A DNA stretch of 64,000 nt from Desulfobulbaceae bacterium (lineage in GTDB: Bacteria; Desulfobacterota; Desulfobulbia; Desulfobulbales; Desulfocapsaceae), in the NCBI GenBank assembly GCA_016278675.1, contig JADQBJ010000022.1, forward strand, positions 60,570 to 124,569. The letters run 5' to 3'. A model generated the notes under the pieces. It did no database searches. It saw only the letters and a program-made list of their open reading frames with translations, and was not told the DNA's origin. Position numbers and translations under genes: made by a program. Below are positions 1 through 10,577 of the stretch, one piece after another (positions within the stretch are counted from its first letter, which is position 1; each line of letters opens with the position of its first letter).

Positions 1-318
1 CAGCCGTTGATCATACTCCTCTGCCTCTTTTGCCGCCGTATCCAGTGAGATGACGATATCGCCAAGCTCCTGAATGGGAAGCGCAGAAAGATCTTCTTCA
101 AGGCCATCGGCAAACGGAAAAGAGAGCACGTTTGTTGCCTTGTCTATATTGCGGTAGGTATAATTAAGTCTGCGTATTTCAGTATCGTCGGTGAGCAAAA
201 TCGAGAGAGTGTGCCTGGCAAAGTCCATCTCTCTTAATAGCTTCTCGGCAATGTACCGGATTTTTTTTTCGGGCAACGGCAGTTTGAATCCGTAATGATT
301 GGAGATAACAACAGACAT
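1..318 (-). CDS. ybeY: rRNA maturation RNase YbeY (N-terminal part; gene runs off the left edge)
   Basis: Manual minus-strand translation from the ATG at 318-316 gives MSVVISNHYGFKLPLPEKKIRYIAEKLL...TDDTEIRRLNYTYRNIDKATNVLSFPF, a YbeY-type N-terminus. It stays open to position 1 and lies directly downstream of phoH, as in the conserved phoH-ybeY arrangement. Confidence 0.75.
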   Translation of the reverse strand, partial: MSVVISNHYGFKLPLPEKKIRYIAEKLLREMDFARHTLSILLTDDTEIRRLNYTYRNIDKATNVLSFPFADGLEEDLSALPIQELGDIVISLDTAAKEAEEYDQRL

Positions 319-392
319 TTTTGAAGTTATTGTTCCTGTAGAAATGAGACTGTCAATGTAAAGGCCCGGCCCCTTACTTTCCGATCACCCCG

Positions 393-1349
393 TTACTTCC
401 GGTTTTCATAAGCCTCGATAATTTTCTGAACAAGAGGGTGGCGGACCACATCTTCCTTGGCAAAGCTGCAAAACTGTATGCCGGCTATGTTCTTCAATAT
501 TTTCCTGGCTTCAAGAAGACCGGAATGCTTGGGTATGGGGAGATCGACCTGGGTGGAGTCTCCAGTTATCACCGCCAGTGAATCAAAGCCGATTCTGGTC
601 AGGAACATCTTCATCTGTTCTTTGGTGGTGTTTTGCGCTTCATCGAGTATGACAAAGGCATTCGAGAGCGTTCTGCCGCGCATGAAAGCCAGCGGTGCTA
701 TCTCTATTATTCCTCTTTCGATCAGGTCGGCACATTTATCGGCCCCCAGCATATCATTGAGGGCATCGTGGAGAGGCCGCAGATAAGGATTTACTTTCTG
801 GGCCAGATCCCCCGGCAGGAAACCAAGCTTTTCGCCTGCTTCGATCGCCGGCCTTGTCAGAATGATTGATCTGACCTGGTTACTGACCAGGGCCGACACG
901 GCCATGGCCACAGCCAGATAGGTCTTGCCGGTACCTGCGGGGCCGATGCCGAAGACAATATCGTTTTTGCGAATGGCATCTATATATATTTTTTGATTCC
1001 TGGTCTTGGGAGATATGACCCGGTGCTGCGTGGTCACATATACCTTATCAAGAAAAATCTTATCAAGCTTTGCCGATGGAGTGGATTCGAGAATCCGCAG
1101 GCCAAAGGCGATATCCGATGAATATACCGGATAGCCCTTGCCGATCATGTCGTAGAGTTGCTGCAGCAGATCTTTGACCAGCTTGACTTCATGTTCCTGA
1201 CCGACAATATTAAGGTCATTGCCGCGGGCATTTATCTTTAGGCCCGCAGCTTTTTCTATAGTTTGAAGGTTTCTGTTCAAATCACCAAAAAGCAATGCAG
1301 CACTACTGTTATCCGAGAAGTGTAGATCACAGCTAAAATCGTTTGTCAT
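393..1349 (-). CDS. phoH: PhoH-family ATPase
   Basis: 318-aa ORF with Walker A GPAGTGKTYLAVAMAV and overall PhoH-like sequence (ILDEAQN, GDxTQVDLP). Confidence 0.9.
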   Translation of the reverse strand: MTNDFSCDLHFSDNSSAALLFGDLNRNLQTIEKAAGLKINARGNDLNIVGQEHEVKLVKDLLQQLYDMIGKGYPVYSSDIAFGLRILESTPSAKLDKIFLDKVYVTTQHRVISPKTRNQKIYIDAIRKNDIVFGIGPAGTGKTYLAVAMAVSALVSNQVRSIILTRPAIEAGEKLGFLPGDLAQKVNPYLRPLHDALNDMLGADKCADLIERGIIEIAPLAFMRGRTLSNAFVILDEAQNTTKEQMKMFLTRIGFDSLAVITGDSTQVDLPIPKHSGLLEARKILKNIAGIQFCSFAKEDVVRHPLVQKIIEAYENRK

Positions 1350-1352
1350 TGT

Positions 1353-1465
1353 TGATAATTTCGTAAAAATTCATTGAAGTTGCCGAGATGGACTCTGTCA
1401 TTGACGCAGACCTCGAGTAAGCTCGATCTGCAACGACGTAGATCGAGCTTACGAGTTCATCGTTG
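1353..1465. repeat. Mosaic intergenic repeat, R1 family copy
   Basis: Core GATAATTTCGTAAAAATTCATTGAAGTTGCCGAGATGGACTCTG (1353-1396) recurs at 10334, 34001 and 46084. Hairpin GCTCGATCTGC-AACGAC-GTAGATCGAGC lies at 1420-1447. The tail TACGAGTTCATC is shared with 34180-34195. The element fills the whole phoH/dsbA-like spacer. Confidence 0.8.
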
Positions 1466-2329
1466 TTATTTCTTGTCTAATTCTTCATCTATAATCCGCT
1501 GAAATCCCTGTAGGCTTCTGTCTTGCAGAAGTCTGCCGTTTATAAAAATGGTGGGGGTGCCGGTAACTCCGGCTTTTTGTGCATCCTGGATGTCGGTATG
1601 GACTTTTTGCCGGATAACCGGGGATTCCATATCTTTTTTCCATTGCTCCAGATCAAGATCCAATTTAACGGCTATGTCTTCAATAACTTTGTTACTGAGT
1701 TTTTCGGCGGCGAAAAGTTCATCGTGAAATTCCCAGAATTTTCCCTGCTTTTCAGCAGCGAGTGCGGCGCGTGCGGCAGGGTCTGCAAATTTATGAAACT
1801 GCAAAGGCATATTTTTGAAGGCCAGTCTTACATTTTTAGGATTTCTTTCAAGAACCTGAGCAATCAAGGGTTCAATCTTGCTGCAGTAAGGACATTCGAA
1901 ATCAGTGAACAGGGCGATGGTTACCGGGGCATTTTCCGGACCGCGGATGGGGGCACCGGCGGTGTTAATATCCCTGATGAAGCTGACGGAAAGGGTTGTG
2001 AAACTGTTTTTTTCGCCATCGATCAGATAAAGCATTTCAGCCCTTGGAGCAATATCTATGGCATTCACTCCTTTGTCTACCGGTACGGTACCTTCCAGTT
2101 TGCCGTCGGCGGTGTACACAAGAACATTATGTTCGCTGGTGAGAACAAAAACGTATTTTCCATCAAGAGAGTGCACTATGTCTACAGGGCTCTGGGGGAG
2201 CTGCCATTGATTGAGGACCTGCCAGTCGAGATTGGACGATGAATCCTGCATGTTTGTGGCCCCGATTACAGGACTGCAAAGTGCCGCCGTTAAGATTGAA
2301 AGTGCTGCCAATATTTTTTTGAAATCCAT
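1466..2329 (-). CDS. DsbA-family thioredoxin-fold protein with signal peptide and N-terminal beta-rich domain
   Basis: 287-aa ORF with N-terminal hydrophobic leader MDFKKILAALSILTAALCSPVIG and a CxxC motif in FTDFECPYCSK, followed by a DsbA-like helical insert. Confidence 0.75.
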   Translation of the reverse strand: MDFKKILAALSILTAALCSPVIGATNMQDSSSNLDWQVLNQWQLPQSPVDIVHSLDGKYVFVLTSEHNVLVYTADGKLEGTVPVDKGVNAIDIAPRAEMLYLIDGEKNSFTTLSVSFIRDINTAGAPIRGPENAPVTIALFTDFECPYCSKIEPLIAQVLERNPKNVRLAFKNMPLQFHKFADPAARAALAAEKQGKFWEFHDELFAAEKLSNKVIEDIAVKLDLDLEQWKKDMESPVIRQKVHTDIQDAQKAGVTGTPTIFINGRLLQDRSLQGFQRIIDEELDKK

Positions 2330-2682
2330 AATAACCTCTGATTTTTTTTGTCTAATGTCTGTTTTTTAGGTTTACTGTTCTTTCAACTAACCCAATTGAG
2401 CTTTGATCAGTATCTCTTAGACGGAGTCTTATTTCCTGCAAAAAACAGGAAAACAATCTGAGAATACTAATACAGGTGGCCCTGTAATGCGCCTGAAACT
2501 TACCTTTGCTTCATCAGCAATGACAACAGAAGGTTCCCCAAACGCAAATTAAGATAGTATCCATTAACTGCTGATTTGGCAAGAACTTAGCACTTCTTGA
2601 CGTTCTTGAAAAGCAATAAGAAAAGATGCCCAGAAATCGAATAATTCCGGTCCGCTGTATAAAAGTTGAGCTGCGCCTATCC

Positions 2683-2963
2683 CTTATTCTGATACCGTCA
2701 CGAGAAGCACACGTGCGGGCATAGACCGACTTCGAGAAAGACAGTTTCCCCGAGTTGCAGGGCTGTTGACAGTCGGTTGGACACTGCCCGTATAGGCAAA
2801 GGTACCGCCAAAAACATATCTGCCCTGAAACTCAGCATCTTCTGGCCCAGCCGGAACTGCTCTTTTCATCAGGACGCCATAAACCCTGGGGGCTTCACTG
2901 CAGCCGTCCGGGCTGCAGTGACCCGTGAAAGAGCAGTCCCGACCTTGAGCTGAGGATTAGGGG
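2683..2963. repeat. Mosaic intergenic repeat: R3-type module plus R4 palindromic module (inverted relative to 45917-46065)
   Basis: 2705-2740 (GAAGCACACGTGCGGGCATAGACCGACTTCGAGAAAG) matches 34048-34085. 2823-2963 is the reverse complement of 45917-46065 at roughly 85-90% identity by eye, including the CTGCAGCC..GGCTGCAG hairpin. Confidence 0.8.
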
Positions 2964-3269
2964 TAATTAGGAACTTTTTAACGAGCCATTCTGACATCGT
3001 CACAACTTTTTTATGAGATTGTCAGATTTGATATGGTGGACGACTGCAGAAGTACAGCCGGATGGAAGTAGAAAAGTTTGCTTCGCTCTGAAGATTCGGT
3101 GATTTAATCCCCTGGAATACCTTGACTCGACTAAAGTTGTGAATTACAAATGATTCACCTGGCGCGTCAGACTTTTTCGGGACCAGTCCATTTTGTTTTC
3201 GCAAATATGATGATAAAATGTTATACTGACCTGTTTGTTCAGGTGAAAAGTAAGTAGAATCAGTTAATT

Positions 3270-3354
3270 GCGAGGGTGGCGGAACTGGTAGACGCACTAG
3301 ACTTAGGATCTAGCGCCTTTGGGTGTGGGGGTTCGACTCCCCCCTCTCGCACCA
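3270..3354 (+). tRNA. tRNA-Leu (anticodon UAG), CCA encoded
   Basis: Hand-folded cloverleaf: acceptor GCGAGGG/CTCTCGC (one G.U), anticodon stem CTAGA/TCTAG with loop CTTAGGA, long variable arm, T arm GGGGG-TTCGACT-CCCCC, 3' ACCA. Confidence 0.9.
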
Positions 3355-3484
3355 GGCTGAATTATAAATACTATTTCATAAAAATAACTTCTGTATTGCG
3401 GATCGGTATGGCGGATCGCCCATGAGCGAACTTACGTATGCCGACAAACGATTATGCAGAACACAGTCAAAAGGATGAAAACAG

Positions 3485-4810
3485 ATGGATGTAAAGGTTG
3501 AAGAGATAGGAACTCTTACTAGAAAAGTTACAGTTACTCTGCCTGAGACAGATGTTCGTAAGAAGCTTAAGAAAGCCTATGACAAGCTGCAGAGAGAATC
3601 CAAGATGAAGGGCTTCAGGAGAGGTAAGGTTCCACGTTCGATCATTGAAAAATCCTATAAACCGCAAGTTGAAGCCGAGGTAGGGGAGAAGCTTGTTCAG
3701 GATACCTATTTTGATGTGATCGAAAAGGAAAATATCGACGCGGTTATTCATCCGGAAATACTCAACCATGTTTATAACGATGATGGATCCTTCACCTATG
3801 ATGCTCAGGTAGACGTACGACCGCAGTTCGAGGTTACAGGCTATAAGGAGCTGGAAGTTGAAAGACCTCAAACCGATGTCTCCGATGAGGATGTCAACAA
3901 GGAAATCGAAAATCTGCGCCGCCAGATGGCACCTCTGAAATCCTCCGAAGATCGCCCCGCGGAAGAAGGCGATATTGTGATCATTGACTATCAGGGGTTC
4001 CATAAAGGCAACCCGATGAAGCAGGTCAAGAACGAAAACACATCCGTCGAAGTAGGCGCCGGGCAGATGGGAGAAGAGTTTGAAAAGAAGCTTGTCGGTA
4101 TGAGTAAAGACCAGGAGGCAAGCCATGAAGTGGAATTCCCTGAAAAACATCCCAATCCTATACTTGCCGGAAAAACAATTGAGTTCAAGGTTACCATAAA
4201 GGACATCAAGGAACGCATTCTAGCCGAGCTCGATGACGAATTCGCTAAGGATGTCGGTAAGGAATTCAATACCCTGGAAGAGCTCAAGACTGCCATTCGC
4301 GAGAAACTCACTCGCGAGAGAGAGGAAAGTGCCGAGGGCCAGTTGACTGACAGGATAATGCAGGCTATTTTAAAAGAGAACGAGTTTGAAGTTCCTAAAA
4401 AACTAGTCGATTTTGAAGTAGAGCAGATGATCAAGCAGACCGAAGAGCAACTCGAGAAAAGCGGTATGAACCTCGAGGCAGCCGGTCTCACCCGGGAAAT
4501 GCTTGCGCAGCGTAACGAACCTGTAGCCGCTCAGCGCGTCCGCGGTGATTTCATCCTGAAGAAAATTGCCGAGAAAGAGGAAATAAAGCTGAAGGACGAA
4601 GATATGGATCGTGGCTTCAAGCGCATTGGCGATCAATATAATATGCCCGTGGCCCAGGTAAAAGAATTTTTCGGCAACCGTGACGATTTGCTTCCCCTGA
4701 TGAATGAACTTCTCAATGAAAAAGTTCTCGATTTCCTGCGTAAAGAGGTGAAATACATCGAACCGGAAGCTGCTCCGGTTGAAGAAGAACAGTCACCGGA
4801 GGGGAGTTGA
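3485..4810 (+). CDS. tig: Trigger factor
   Basis: 441-aa ORF with a trigger-factor N-terminus (GFRRGKVP ribosome-binding motif). It sits upstream of clpP-clpX-lon as in many bacteria. Confidence 0.93.
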   Translation: MDVKVEEIGTLTRKVTVTLPETDVRKKLKKAYDKLQRESKMKGFRRGKVPRSIIEKSYKPQVEAEVGEKLVQDTYFDVIEKENIDAVIHPEILNHVYNDDGSFTYDAQVDVRPQFEVTGYKELEVERPQTDVSDEDVNKEIENLRRQMAPLKSSEDRPAEEGDIVIIDYQGFHKGNPMKQVKNENTSVEVGAGQMGEEFEKKLVGMSKDQEASHEVEFPEKHPNPILAGKTIEFKVTIKDIKERILAELDDEFAKDVGKEFNTLEELKTAIREKLTREREESAEGQLTDRIMQAILKENEFEVPKKLVDFEVEQMIKQTEEQLEKSGMNLEAAGLTREMLAQRNEPVAAQRVRGDFILKKIAEKEEIKLKDEDMDRGFKRIGDQYNMPVAQVKEFFGNRDDLLPLMNELLNEKVLDFLRKEVKYIEPEAAPVEEEQSPEGS

Positions 4811-4938
4811 TACATATCCTTCCGGACTTTATCATACAGCTTTCTGATTTCCGTTTCCGGAGATTGGAATTTGATTAAACAAGCGACTGCAGCAGGTTCG
4901 ATACCGCTGCAGTCGTGTCGTTTCAAGGAGAGATAAAA

Positions 4939-5541
4939 ATGAACCTGGTACCAATGGTAGTAGAGCAGACCCCACGTGGAGAGCGTGCTTTTGATATTTA
5001 TTCCCGTCTCCTCAAGGAGCGCATTGTTTTTCTGGGATCCGTGGTTGATGATTCGGTCGCCAATGTCATCATCGCTCAGTTGCTTTTTCTTGAGGCCGAT
5101 GATCCCGAAAAGGATATTACGTTCTATATCAATTCTCCCGGTGGATCTGTTTCCGCCGGCATGGCAATCTATGATACAATGCAATATGTCAAATGTGATA
5201 TAGCCACACTGTGCATGGGCCAGGCCGCGTCCATGGGCGCTTTGCTTCTTGGAGCGGGATGCGACGGTAAAAGATATTCTCTACCGCATTCCAGAATCAT
5301 GATTCATCAGCCGATGGGTGGATTTCAGGGACAGGCAACGGATATCGACATTCACGCCCGTGAAATTCTGCGCATGCGCGAAGAGCTCAACCAGATTCTT
5401 GCCTCACATACGAAAAAACCCATCGAAGAAATTCGAAAAGATACGGAACGTGATTATTTTATGAGTTCAAACGAAGCAAAGAGTTACGGCTTAATTGATA
5501 AGGTACTCAATAAGCGAGAAGAAATAGCAGAGGTAAAATAA
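4939..5541 (+). CDS. clpP: ATP-dependent Clp protease proteolytic subunit
   Basis: Strong ClpP sequence ([39 protein letters not shown]). Start moved to the ATG at 4939, which follows the SD AAGGAGAG. Confidence 0.95.
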   Translation: MNLVPMVVEQTPRGERAFDIYSRLLKERIVFLGSVVDDSVANVIIAQLLFLEADDPEKDITFYINSPGGSVSAGMAIYDTMQYVKCDIATLCMGQAASMGALLLGAGCDGKRYSLPHSRIMIHQPMGGFQGQATDIDIHAREILRMREELNQILASHTKKPIEEIRKDTERDYFMSSNEAKSYGLIDKVLNKREEIAEVK

Positions 5542-6807
5542 ATGAGTGAGAAGGAAAAGAGCGGGCCTGAATGCAATTGTTCATTTTGCGGAAAAAATCA
5601 GGACGAAGTTAATAAGTTGATCGCCGGGCCTGATGTTTTCATCTGCGACGAATGCATTGATCTGTGCAATGAGATCGTCCAGGATGAAAACAGTGCTGAA
5701 GGTGAGGCCGATGCTGTCAAAAAAAATCTGAAGCCCCGGGAAATAAACGATCGTCTCAATGAGTATGTGATAGGTCAGGATTATGCCAAGAAAGTATTAT
5801 CCGTCGCCGTTCATAATCATTATAAGCGAATAGATGCTCCCAAGAGTGAGGATCAGGTAGAGCTGCAGAAGTCCAATATTATCCTTATTGGACCGACCGG
5901 ATCCGGAAAGACCCTGGTGGCGCAGACCCTTGCCCGCACCCTGAATGTCCCTTTTTCCATGGCAGACGCCACAACCCTGACGGAAGCCGGATATGTGGGC
6001 GACGATGTAGAAAACATTCTGGTCAACCTTCTCCAGGCTGCCGATTATGATATAGAAAAAGCCGAGCGCGGCATTATTTATATCGATGAGATTGATAAAA
6101 TCGCCAGAAAATCGGACAGTCCCTCTCTTACCCGTGATGTCAGCGGCGAAGGGGTGCAGCAGGCACTTCTCAAGATTATTGAGGGGACCGTCGCCTCCAT
6201 TCCGCCCAAAGGGGGAAGAAAACATCCTCAGCAGGAGCTGGTCAAAATCGATACCACCAATATCCTCTTTATCTGCGGTGGCGCCTTTGTCGGTCTCGAG
6301 AATGTAGTACGTCGCCGGAAGGGCAAAAAATCGATCGGATTCGGCAGCAATGTCATTGGCGAATCCACCAAAAAACTTGGAGAATTGCTCGCCGCCGTAC
6401 AACCAGAGGATCTTCTCAAATTCGGACTCATTCCTGAACTGGTTGGCCGCCTTCCGGTCATTGCCACCATGGAAGAGCTTCTCGAAGAAGATCTGGTGCG
6501 TATTCTCAAGGAGCCGAAAAATGCTCTGACCAAACAGTACACCAGGCTTTTTGAATTTGACGATATACGGCTGCGTTTCACGGAAGGAGCCCTGACCGCC
6601 ATCGCCCGTAAGGCGCTCAAGAGAAAATCCGGGGCCAGAGGACTACGCTCGGTCATGGAAGCAGCGATGCTGGAGGTGATGTATGATTTACCTTCCAAAA
6701 AGAATGTCCAGGAATGCGTGATCAGTGAGCAGGTGATAAATAATGGTGAATATCCTGTTGTCCTCTATAAGAAGAGTGAAAAAGAAGAAATAGCAGGAAA
6801 TGCTTAA
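5542..6807 (+). CDS. clpX: ATP-dependent Clp protease ATP-binding subunit ClpX
   Basis: N-terminal zinc-binding CSFCGK...CDEC, Walker A GPTGSGKT, and ClpX-like sequence throughout. Confidence 0.95.
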   Translation: MSEKEKSGPECNCSFCGKNQDEVNKLIAGPDVFICDECIDLCNEIVQDENSAEGEADAVKKNLKPREINDRLNEYVIGQDYAKKVLSVAVHNHYKRIDAPKSEDQVELQKSNIILIGPTGSGKTLVAQTLARTLNVPFSMADATTLTEAGYVGDDVENILVNLLQAADYDIEKAERGIIYIDEIDKIARKSDSPSLTRDVSGEGVQQALLKIIEGTVASIPPKGGRKHPQQELVKIDTTNILFICGGAFVGLENVVRRRKGKKSIGFGSNVIGESTKKLGELLAAVQPEDLLKFGLIPELVGRLPVIATMEELLEEDLVRILKEPKNALTKQYTRLFEFDDIRLRFTEGALTAIARKALKRKSGARGLRSVMEAAMLEVMYDLPSKKNVQECVISEQVINNGEYPVVLYKKSEKEEIAGNA

Positions 6808-6842
6808 ATGACCAGGTGTAAGTATATTATGGAGATAAAGTA

Positions 6843-9254
6843 ATGCCCAGTAACGACAATACCACAAAACTGTATCCTCTGATGCCGCTCCGGGATATCG
6901 TTGTGTTTCCGCATATGGTTGCACCTCTTGTAGTGGGAAGAAGGAAATCTATCCAGGCTCTGGAAGATGCGATGCAGAAGAGAACCGAGATTTTTCTGGT
7001 TACTCAAAGAGATTCAACCATTGATGAACCTGAAGAAGACGGCGTCTATACCACGGGAACACTTGCTGTGGTGATGCAGCTTCTTCGTCTTCCCGACGGA
7101 ACTATCAAGGCTCTGGTCGAAGGTAAGGGGAGGGGCGAAATAGTCTCCTTCGTACCAAATGACAACTTTTTTCAGGTTGAAGTACGTCAATTTGAAGAAG
7201 AGGAGGGCGTTACCAGGGAAGTGGTTGCCTATGAGCGGGAATTGAGGAAATATTTCAGCGAATTCGCCTCGATAAACAAGAAAATTGCCAAGGAAGTGAT
7301 CAAGTCTCTGGAATCAATCGAGCAACCGGGAAAACTGGTTGATGTAATCTGCGCCCACCTCCCTATCAAAACCGAGGAAAAACAGTCTATTCTCGAGTGC
7401 AGAACCTTGCAGGAACGCATCGAGAAGATATTGGAAATCATCCATCGGGAGATTGAGCTTGCCGCACTCGAAAAAACCATAGACGCCAAGGTAAAGACCC
7501 GGATGGGTAAAACCCAGCGTAACTACTATCTTGGTGAAAAGGTACGTGAGATCCAAACCGAGATGGGGCAGGGCGAGGATGGTATGGACGATATCACCGA
7601 GCTTGAAGAAACCCTCAACAAGATGAAGATGCCGACGGTGGCCAGGGAGAAAGCCCTGAAGGAGCTGAAAAAGCTCCGGGCCATGCCGCCCATGTCTGCC
7701 GAGACCACGGTGGTCAGAAATTATGTTGAGGCGATCATCAGCCTTCCCTGGAAGAAAAAAGGGAAAAGCAATCTGGATATCAACACGGCCGAGAGGATCC
7801 TGGATGAAGATCATTACGGACTTTCCAAACCGAAGGAGCGCATTCTTGAATATCTTGCCGTCCAGACCCAGGTAAAGAAGATTAAAGGACCCATCCTCTG
7901 CCTGGTCGGCCCTCCCGGTGTCGGTAAAACCTCGATCTGCAAATCCATCGCCCGCGCCATGGACCGTAAGTTTGTGCGGCTTTCGCTGGGAGGCGTACGG
8001 GATGAAGCTGAAATTCGTGGTCATCGAAGAACCTATATCGGAGCCATGCCGGGGAAAATAATCCAGTCGATGCAGAAGGTCAATGTGTCGAACCCTGTTT
8101 TCTGCCTGGATGAAGTTGATAAAATGTCCATGGATTTCCGGGGTGATCCCTCTGCTGCTCTACTGGAGGTTCTTGATCCCGAACAGAATGTCGCATTCAA
8201 TGATCATTATCTTGATCTTGACTATGACCTGTCGGGTGTTTTTTTCATAACCACAGCAAACAGCCTGCACGGCATCCCGGTTCCTTTGCAGGACCGTATG
8301 GAAATTATCTCCATCAGCGGCTATACTGAAGAGGAAAAGCTGAAAATAGCCGAAGGCTATCTGGTGCCGAAACAGCTTGAGGCCAACGGCTTCAAAAAAG
8401 ATGATATCAAGCTGACCGAGGGAGCCATCCTCGAAATTGTCAGACGCTATACCAGAGAAGCAGGAGTACGAAATCTTGAGCGTTCCATTGCCTCTCTGTG
8501 CCGTAAGATAGCGCGCGACCGGCTTAAAAAGAAGGCCAAGGATAAAAAATACAGAATTGGAGTACAGTCTGTCCTCAAACACCTGGGTACGCCGAGATAC
8601 CGCTATGGTCTCGCCGAGGAAAAGGACTCCATTGGATTGACCACGGGACTCGCTTGGACCGAGGTTGGCGGAGAGTTGCTGCAGATTGAAGCAACCTTGA
8701 TGCCGGGAACCGGCAAACTTATTATTACCGGTAAGCTGGGCGAGGTCATGCAGGAGTCGGCCCGGGCTGCTCTCAGTTATGTGCGTTCGCGGGCGGATAT
8801 TTTAGGCCTGGATGTGGATTTCTATCAGAAGCTTGATATTCATATACATGTACCCGAAGGGGCAATTCCCAAAGACGGTCCTTCGGCCGGCATAACCATA
8901 GCGACAACACTTGTTTCGGCGCTGTTAAAAGCTCCGGTGCGGCATAAGCTGGCAATGACGGGTGAGATTACCCTGCGTGGCAGGATCCTGCCCATTGGCG
9001 GGTTGACCGAGAAATTGCTGGCCGCCAAACGAGGCAATATTACCCATGTTCTCATTCCCAAGGAAAACGAACGTGACTTGAAGGATGTTGCCCCGACCAT
9101 TCGCAAGAGCCTGACCATTGATCTTGTCGATCATATGGACGAAGTGCTTGAACATGCGATAGTTGTCAAGGAAGGGGAATCGTTATTTAAAAATGTTCCG
9201 GGCAGCAGTGTATATGGTGAGATCGAAGCGGCTTCACAGAACACACCACATTAA
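6843..9254 (+). CDS. lon: Lon protease
   Basis: 803-aa ORF with Lon N-domain, Walker [10 protein letters not shown] and proteolytic-domain motif PKDGPSAGI. Confidence 0.95.
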   Translation: MPSNDNTTKLYPLMPLRDIVVFPHMVAPLVVGRRKSIQALEDAMQKRTEIFLVTQRDSTIDEPEEDGVYTTGTLAVVMQLLRLPDGTIKALVEGKGRGEIVSFVPNDNFFQVEVRQFEEEEGVTREVVAYERELRKYFSEFASINKKIAKEVIKSLESIEQPGKLVDVICAHLPIKTEEKQSILECRTLQERIEKILEIIHREIELAALEKTIDAKVKTRMGKTQRNYYLGEKVREIQTEMGQGEDGMDDITELEETLNKMKMPTVAREKALKELKKLRAMPPMSAETTVVRNYVEAIISLPWKKKGKSNLDINTAERILDEDHYGLSKPKERILEYLAVQTQVKKIKGPILCLVGPPGVGKTSICKSIARAMDRKFVRLSLGGVRDEAEIRGHRRTYIGAMPGKIIQSMQKVNVSNPVFCLDEVDKMSMDFRGDPSAALLEVLDPEQNVAFNDHYLDLDYDLSGVFFITTANSLHGIPVPLQDRMEIISISGYTEEEKLKIAEGYLVPKQLEANGFKKDDIKLTEGAILEIVRRYTREAGVRNLERSIASLCRKIARDRLKKKAKDKKYRIGVQSVLKHLGTPRYRYGLAEEKDSIGLTTGLAWTEVGGELLQIEATLMPGTGKLIITGKLGEVMQESARAALSYVRSRADILGLDVDFYQKLDIHIHVPEGAIPKDGPSAGITIATTLVSALLKAPVRHKLAMTGEITLRGRILPIGGLTEKLLAAKRGNITHVLIPKENERDLKDVAPTIRKSLTIDLVDHMDEVLEHAIVVKEGESLFKNVPGSSVYGEIEAASQNTPH

Positions 9255-9274
9255 TTTTTTTCTGTCTTTTTTGC

Positions 9275-9303
9275 TTGACGGGGATGAGCTAAATTGGTAA
9301 ATA
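9275..9303 (+). promoter_or_regulatory. Sigma-70-type promoter candidate for the tRNA-Val/tRNA-Asp pair
   Basis: TTGACG (9275-9280), 17-nt spacer, TAAATA (9298-9303), about 20 nt upstream of tRNA-Val. Confidence 0.5.
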
Positions 9304-9324
9304 CTCATCCACGCTTGAATGAGC

Positions 9325-9400
9325 GGGCGGGTAGCTCAGTTGGGAGAGCATCGGCCTTACAAGCCGAGGGTCACAGGTTCAAGCCCTGTTCCGCCCACCA
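9325..9400 (+). tRNA. tRNA-Val (anticodon UAC), CCA encoded
   Basis: GGGCGGGTAGCTCAGTTGGGAGAGC..., anticodon loop CTTACAA, T arm ACAGGTTCAAGCCCTGT, 3' ACCA. Confidence 0.9.
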
Positions 9401-9415
9401 CAATATACGACATGC

Positions 9416-9492
9416 GGGGTCGTAGTTCAGTTGGTTAGAATGCCGGCCTGTCACGCCGGAGGTCGCGAGTTCGAGTCTCGTCGGCCCCGCCA
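9416..9492 (+). tRNA. tRNA-Asp (anticodon GUC), CCA encoded
   Basis: Acceptor GGGGTCG/CGGCCCC, anticodon loop CTGTCAC, T arm GCGAG-TTCGAGT-CTCGT, discriminator G plus CCA. Confidence 0.9.
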
Positions 9493-9502
9493 GTAAAAAA
9501 AA

Positions 9503-9533
9503 GGGATACAGCAGTTATGCTGTATCCCTTTTT
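9503..9533 (+). terminator. Rho-independent terminator after the tRNA pair
   Basis: GGGATACAGCA-GTTA-TGCTGTATCCC stem-loop followed by TTTTT. Confidence 0.75.
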
Positions 9534-9593
9534 GCGTTTATAAAGAAAATGATTACGCCTGAAATATAGCAGTCCCGGCTCTTGATCTGAATA

Positions 9594-9826
9594 TTAGGGG
9601 TAATAAGTTAGAATAACGCCGATATTTATTTTTTACTCAAAGACCATAATATCTTTGAAAGGGTCGGTTGGCGGTGAGCGCAGCGAACCCCAACAATCCA
9701 ACCATCAGACAATTCGAAAATAATTCATTCGCCTGCAGTACCTTAAAAGGACTTTAAGGGATAATCATATATCGGGCTTTCTCGAAGTCGGAACTTATGC
9801 CCGTACTGGTGCCCATCACGGATAAA
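9594..9826. repeat. Mosaic intergenic repeat (ATTAGGGGTAA box, R2 hairpin, R3 module)
   Basis: ATTAGGGGTAA at 9594 also occurs at 2956, 13306 (variant) and inverted at 45917. R2 GGTTGGCGGTGAGCGCAGCGAACCCCAACAAT is at 9666-9697. GGGCTTTCTCGAAGTCGGAACTTATGCCCGTA at 9774 onward is the reverse complement of the module at 34050-34086. Confidence 0.75.
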
Positions 9827-10312
9827 TCAGTTATAGCTGTCGATAAACTCGGTGGCCGATATACTACTCAAAGCCGCCGAACGAAGCAGCCAATCACCTC
9901 CCTCTCTTTGCAGTTCAGCCTCAAGTCGATAGCATTCGGCCTGAACCAGTTCGAGGTCTGTTTCAAGCAGTGGTTCTCTGGATACCGCCACATAGAGCGT
10001 CGCATATGCGGTAGTCTGATTATCTGTCAAAGCGATATCCCTGGTATTGGTCAATACATAGATACTTGGATGGCGGAGGAAATAGCCGGCAATGATCCGG
10101 GCAATATCCTGACGAGAGAAGTTTTTTGAATCGTGATAATTTTCCGAGATAAGCTTTTTTAGAGCTCCGGTGCTTTTTGTTTCGAAATTCTTCTCTGCAA
10201 CTGCAATATACTCATTGATTTCAACTTCAGGATTTTCAGATCCGGAGCAGGAGATAAGCAAGAGTAAAAACATTACCGATGACAAAAATTGAAATTGAGT
10301 TTTTAGCAACAT
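9827..10312 (-). CDS. Hypothetical lipoprotein
   Basis: 161-aa ORF with lipobox-like leader FLLLLISC-SGS. No recognisable family by eye. Confidence 0.55.
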   Translation of the reverse strand: MLLKTQFQFLSSVMFLLLLISCSGSENPEVEINEYIAVAEKNFETKSTGALKKLISENYHDSKNFSRQDIARIIAGYFLRHPSIYVLTNTRDIALTDNQTTAYATLYVAVSREPLLETDLELVQAECYRLEAELQREGGDWLLRSAALSSISATEFIDSYN

Positions 10313-10333
10313 ATGGCATCCATTTACATGTTT

Positions 10334-10577
10334 AAAATTTCGTAAAAATTCATTGAAGGTGCCTGGATGGACTCTGCGCTGCGCTTATCGCAAGTCCATC
10401 ATATATTGAAAATATCAGGAGAGTATGCCGTCCGTTAAAGTTGATAATCTCGTAAAAAGTTGCCACGGAGGTTCTCAGATGGCTAGATAAAAAGTTCGAT
10501 ATACAAGGCGCAGTGTTTTTTGAAAGTGGGAGATCGGGCTTTCTCGAAGTCTAGCGCTTATCACGACGCCGTCAAAG
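10334..10577. repeat. Mosaic intergenic repeat, two R1-type cores plus R3 module
   Basis: AAAATTTCGTAAAAATTCATTGAAGGTGCCTGGATGGACTCTG at 10334-10376. A degenerate second core GATAATCTCGTAAAAAG starts at 10443. GGGCTTTCTCGAAGTC is at 10536-10551. The tail TTATCACGACGCCGTCA resembles 46131-46147. Confidence 0.75.

Noticed and set aside
2684-2869. 61-aa ORF (MKRAVPAGPEDAEFQG...) and its counterpart starting at about 46018.
   Set aside because: Both sit inside the R4 repeat. The two copies share only the first 7 codons before the frames diverge or stop (MKRAVPAWAEKC* at 46 kb). The similarity is therefore at the nucleotide and structure level, not protein-coding.
3022-3297. 91-aa minus-strand ORF.
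   Set aside because: It overlaps the tRNA-Leu gene and its promoter region, and has no SD and no recognisable similarity.
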